From Paramoeba atlantica (lineage: Eukaryota; Protista; Discosea), in the NCBI GenBank assembly GCA_977017575.1, contig CDRNVI010000164.1, forward strand, positions 62,001-126,000: a stretch of 64,000 nucleotides of DNA. Direction: 5' to 3'. Positions 60,255 to 64,000 of the stretch are shown one piece after another; position 1 is the first letter of the stretch, and each line of letters starts with the position of its first letter. A program made the translations under genes and the position numbers. The notes beneath the pieces are model-generated. The model did no database searches. It saw only the letters and a list, made by a program, of their open reading frames with translations, and had not been told where the DNA came from.

Positions 60255-62461
60255 ATGGGAAAGAGGAAACGAGTGAAAAAACAACAAGGAGAAGAGAAAA
60301 AGAGAAAGAAGGGAGAGAACAAGGGAGAAAAGACCAAGGAAGAGAAGTTAATTGAAAAAGGAAAAGAAAAAGAAGAAACAGAAAGGAAAGAGTGTGAAGA
60401 AAGGAGAGGATTTGAATGTTTGATTTGTTTTGAAATGATGAGATGGGAAAGAGAACCACGATCATTACCTTGTGGCCACTCTTTTTGCTCTGATTGTCTC
60501 GGCAAACTCTTCTTCTCCTCTCAACAAACTTCAACTTCAACTTCTGAGAGTGGTGATGGTGATGGTGGTGATGGTGATGGTGGTGATGATGGTGATAGTG
60601 ATGGTGGTCCCAATCTTTTTCTTTCTCCTCTTCAAGTCGATGGTTCTTCTTCTTCTTCTTCTTCTTCAAGTTCAAGTTGTTGTTTGAGTGATGGTGGGAA
60701 GAAGAAGAGATGTTGTCCAGTTTGTCGAAAAGAGATTGAAGGAGAAGGAGGAGGAAGATGTGAGACAATTGAATCATTTGATTCCAATTATTTAATTCCT
60801 GAAACAATTGATGTGATTGAATCTTCAAAGATTCCTTCTTTCTGTATTCCTCCAACTCCATGTTTTTTTTCTTCATTTTCTTTGTGTTTTCAAATGAAAC
60901 AATTCACCACACACCACAAAACAACAACAAACAACAAACAACAAACAACAAACACAAAGAAAATACCTCCTCATTAACAAAGTAAACAGATGAAACGAAA
61001 GAATGTGTGAATTTCGGAAAGTGTGGAGAACGAACTTCAATGTATTGTTCTGACTGTAAAGTTTTCATTTGTGATTCTTGTGAACAATCTCATTCCTCCA
61101 ATATTTTCTCTCGAAACCACAAACGTGAAAACCAACAAAACCAACAACAAGAAGGAAGAAGAAACCAACAACAACATGAGAATGATGAGGGATTAGAAAG
61201 TTTGAAAAAGAAACACTGTTTAACTCACCCATCTGAGAATTTGAGTGGGTTTTGTTTTGAGTGTTCTCTTTTTGTTTGTATGGATTGTGTTCTTGAAATT
61301 CATGGTGAACATCAACAGAATGTTTATTCGTTAGAAAAGAGTGTTTTGAGAAAGAGAAATGAGATTTTGAAGATTGGAGTTGGATTGGAAAAGAGATTGG
61401 AGTTTGTTGAAAAGGAAACAAGAAAAGTAGAACAAGAGATTCAAGAATTAGAAGAGAAATTAATGAACAAGAAAGTGATGAAAAAAGATTTAGATTTAGA
61501 GAAAGTTGATTTGAGAATGAGGTGTGATACAATTCTTAGATTGTCTCAAACTCCAACAACTGATTTTCTTTTTGATGAAGATCTCTTTTCAACTTTTCTT
61601 CAAATTGCAAATGATCTTATTGATGAACTTGATGTTTCACTTTTGAATCGAAAAAAGAAAGGAGTGATTGGTGATCGAATGGAATTTATTTCTTCATTTT
61701 GTTGTGATGGAAAAACTTGGGGAATTGTTGAGAACATTGATGGTAACTTTATTGTTTGTCATGATAGAAGGAAGTTGAGAGTTAGAAACAAAGAAGGATC
61801 TTTGATTCAAACTCTCAAAGTGGATGGAACTTTTATTGATGTTGCAATTGGGTTGAATGATGAGATTGTATGTCTTTACCTACTACAATCGAAAGTGATG
61901 GTGTTGAACAAAGAAGGTCATTTGATAAGATCATTTGGATGTGAAGGTTCTCAACCTGGTCAATTCAACAAACCACGTGGGATTGATGTTGATGAAGAAG
62001 GTAGAATTATTGTTGTTGACACTGGGAATAATCGAATCCAAGTGTTTAGTTATGATGGATGTTTTATTCGATGTTTTGGGATTCGTGGTTCTTCTAAAGG
62101 TCAATTTGATTCTCCTTGTTGTGTAGTAGTTGATGGAGATGGTAATCTTGTTATTTCAGATACTTTGAATCATCGAATTCAAGTGATGGGAATTGAAGGA
62201 AATTTTATTCGAATTTTTGGAGAAAGAGGATCAAAAGATTCTCAATTGGAGAATCCAACAGGTGTTGATGTTGATGGGAATGGTCGAATTATTGTTGGTG
62301 AAGGAGGAAATGAGAGAGTGAGTGTATTTGAGAAAGATGGAACTTTTCTTTTTTCTTTTGGATTTGGGAAGATGAAGGATCCTTTTGGGATTTTTGTTCA
62401 TTCATCTGGTTCAGTTTTAGTTTCAGAACTAAATCAAAAATCACTTCAATTGTGGAAGTGA
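60255..62461 (+). CDS. TRIM-NHL protein, copy 2
   Basis: Close paralogue of 52555..54685; ATG at 60255. Confidence 0.92.
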
Positions 62462-62830
62462 TTTTGAGAAAATTTGTCGCCCAACCAAACCAATTTTTTT
62501 GGTTGGATTTGGTGTTTGCACGAAATATTTTTTTCACTTCAAAGAAATCTTCTCTCACATTTCTTCTCTCTGATGAGCACTGTGTCAAAAAGAATTGGTG
62601 ATTCGAAAAGAAAAAGATCAAAGAAAAGGTAATCTCTGTTTTTTGAAAAAATGAGCTTTTTGTTGAACCTAAAATATCTAAAATGAAGGTCAACAACTGA
62701 GGGAATTTGAACAAGGAACAAAAAGGTGATCTCCAAAAGAGAGGTTGGTTTTTAGATTGGGATCCTTCTTCACCATGAAATTAAAAACAAAAAAAAAAGG
62801 TTGAGTTGAGAAGAAGAAGAAAAAAAAAGT

Positions 62831-62901
62831 TGCGCCGGCCGGGAATCGAACCCGGGCCTCCCGCGTGGCAGGCGAGAATTCTACCACTGAACCACCGGCG
62901 C
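62831..62901 (-). tRNA. tRNA-Gly(GCC)
   Basis: Same sequence as 57706..57776. Confidence 0.95.
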
Positions 62902-63479
62902 ATTTCTTGTGAATCTTTTGCAAAGTTAGGTTGATCCGCCAAATCCAATTCAACAACAACACTTCATTTTCTTTTTGGTTTCTTTTCTTCTTTCGATTGA
63001 TTGGACAATGAGAAAAGGGAACATGAAGGAAAGGTGAAAGAGTTTGTTCTCTTTCCAAAATTTCACAACTTATCTCTTCTTCCAGATCCAAATCGAGGTG
63101 TGATCGTTTATTTTGTGGAAAGTTGTGGGAATAACCCATTCAGGACTGTTTTGGAGTGGATTTTTCTTGACAGAAGGGTTGAGAGATGTGATGCACCAAA
63201 AGGTTTTTTTTCTTGTCTCTCTGAATGATTTGAGTTTTTAGGGAAAAATATTTTACTCTTTTTCTCTTTTGAAAGTCAAAACAAGGTCATTCTCATTCCT
63301 GAAGAGGATTTCCAAGACTGTGTTGAAGGAGTTTCTTCAAAGGGGCCGGTGTTTGCGATTTTCTTCTCCAAAATGGAGATCAACAACTGAGGGAACTCGA
63401 ACAAAGAACAAAAAGGTGATCTCCAAAGAGAAATTAAAACAAAAAAAAAGGTTGAGTTGAGAAGAAGGGGGAAAAAAGT

Positions 63480-63550
63480 TGCGCCGGCCGGGAATCGAAC
63501 CCGGGCCCTTCGCGTGGGAGGCGAAGATTCTACCACTGAACCACCGGCGC
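63480..63550 (-). tRNA. tRNA-Gly(CCC)
   Basis: Same sequence as 58754..58824. Confidence 0.95.
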
Positions 63551-64000
63551 ATTTCTTGTGAATCTTTTGCAAAAGTTAGGTTGATCCGCCAACTCCAATT
63601 CATCATTTTCTTTTTGGTTTCTTATCTTCTTTCGATTTATTGGACAATGAAAAAAGGAAACACGAAAAGGGAAAGTTTGTTCCTTTCTCTTTCCAAATTT
63701 TACAACTTATTTCTTCTTCCAGATCCAAATCAAGGTGATTGGCCATCCATTGTCTGAAAAAATGATAGTTTATTCCGTGGAAAAGTTGTGGGAATATTCT
63801 ACACCACCATTCAGATCAAAAATCATTTCACTTGGGGATATGACCACGATTCTGGGAATTCCTTTTTTTATTTTATTGGTTCTTCATTCTTTTTTCTTTT
63901 TTCTTTTTTCTGTTAATTTCTTTTTTTGAATTTAATTTTTTAATATTTTTTCTTTTCTCTTCAGGACTGGAGAGAATTTCTTTTTTTTCGAATTTGGTTC

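Larger units (their letters stand above)
52342..64000. repeat. Tandem segmental duplication [TRIM-NHL, tRNA-Gly(GCC), tRNA-Gly(CCC)] x2; the second copy runs off the window
   Basis: 52342-54760 resembles 60000-62550; 57470-58260 resembles 62595-63330; 58620-59250 resembles 63380-64000. Confidence 0.85.

Overview
AT-rich, intron-dense DNA from a unicellular eukaryote. The gene content is amoeboid-protist-like, but the species cannot be determined from this window. Most long F/L/K/E-rich ORFs in the supplied track are artefacts of simple-repeat introns. Main contents: (1) a decayed Ty1/copia LTR retrotransposon (2290-9130, -) with a nested poly(A)-tailed SINE-like insert and a primer-binding site matching the anticodon arm of tRNA-Lys(CUU); (2) a triplicated head-to-head cassette of an ankyrin-repeat gene (-) and a secreted Cys-rich protein (+); (3) housekeeping genes: mitochondrial carrier, TYW1, TauD-family dioxygenase, PX-BAR sorting nexin, galactokinase and an MFS permease; (4) two secreted EGF-repeat paralogues; (5) a TRIM cluster with one TRIM-DUSP-UBL chimera and two TRIM-NHL genes, in a segmental duplication carrying four tRNA-Gly genes; (6) a very young, gag-only LTR element (55191-57302) with non-canonical CG...CG termini, a 5-bp TSD and a half-tRNA-Arg(UCU)-type PBS. 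The most striking unexplained pattern is a fixed-length terminal micro-exon encoding xx[DN][ILV]KPA[KQ]xx-stop on six genes from three unrelated protein families. Gene models were spliced by eye, so internal exon boundaries are approximate.
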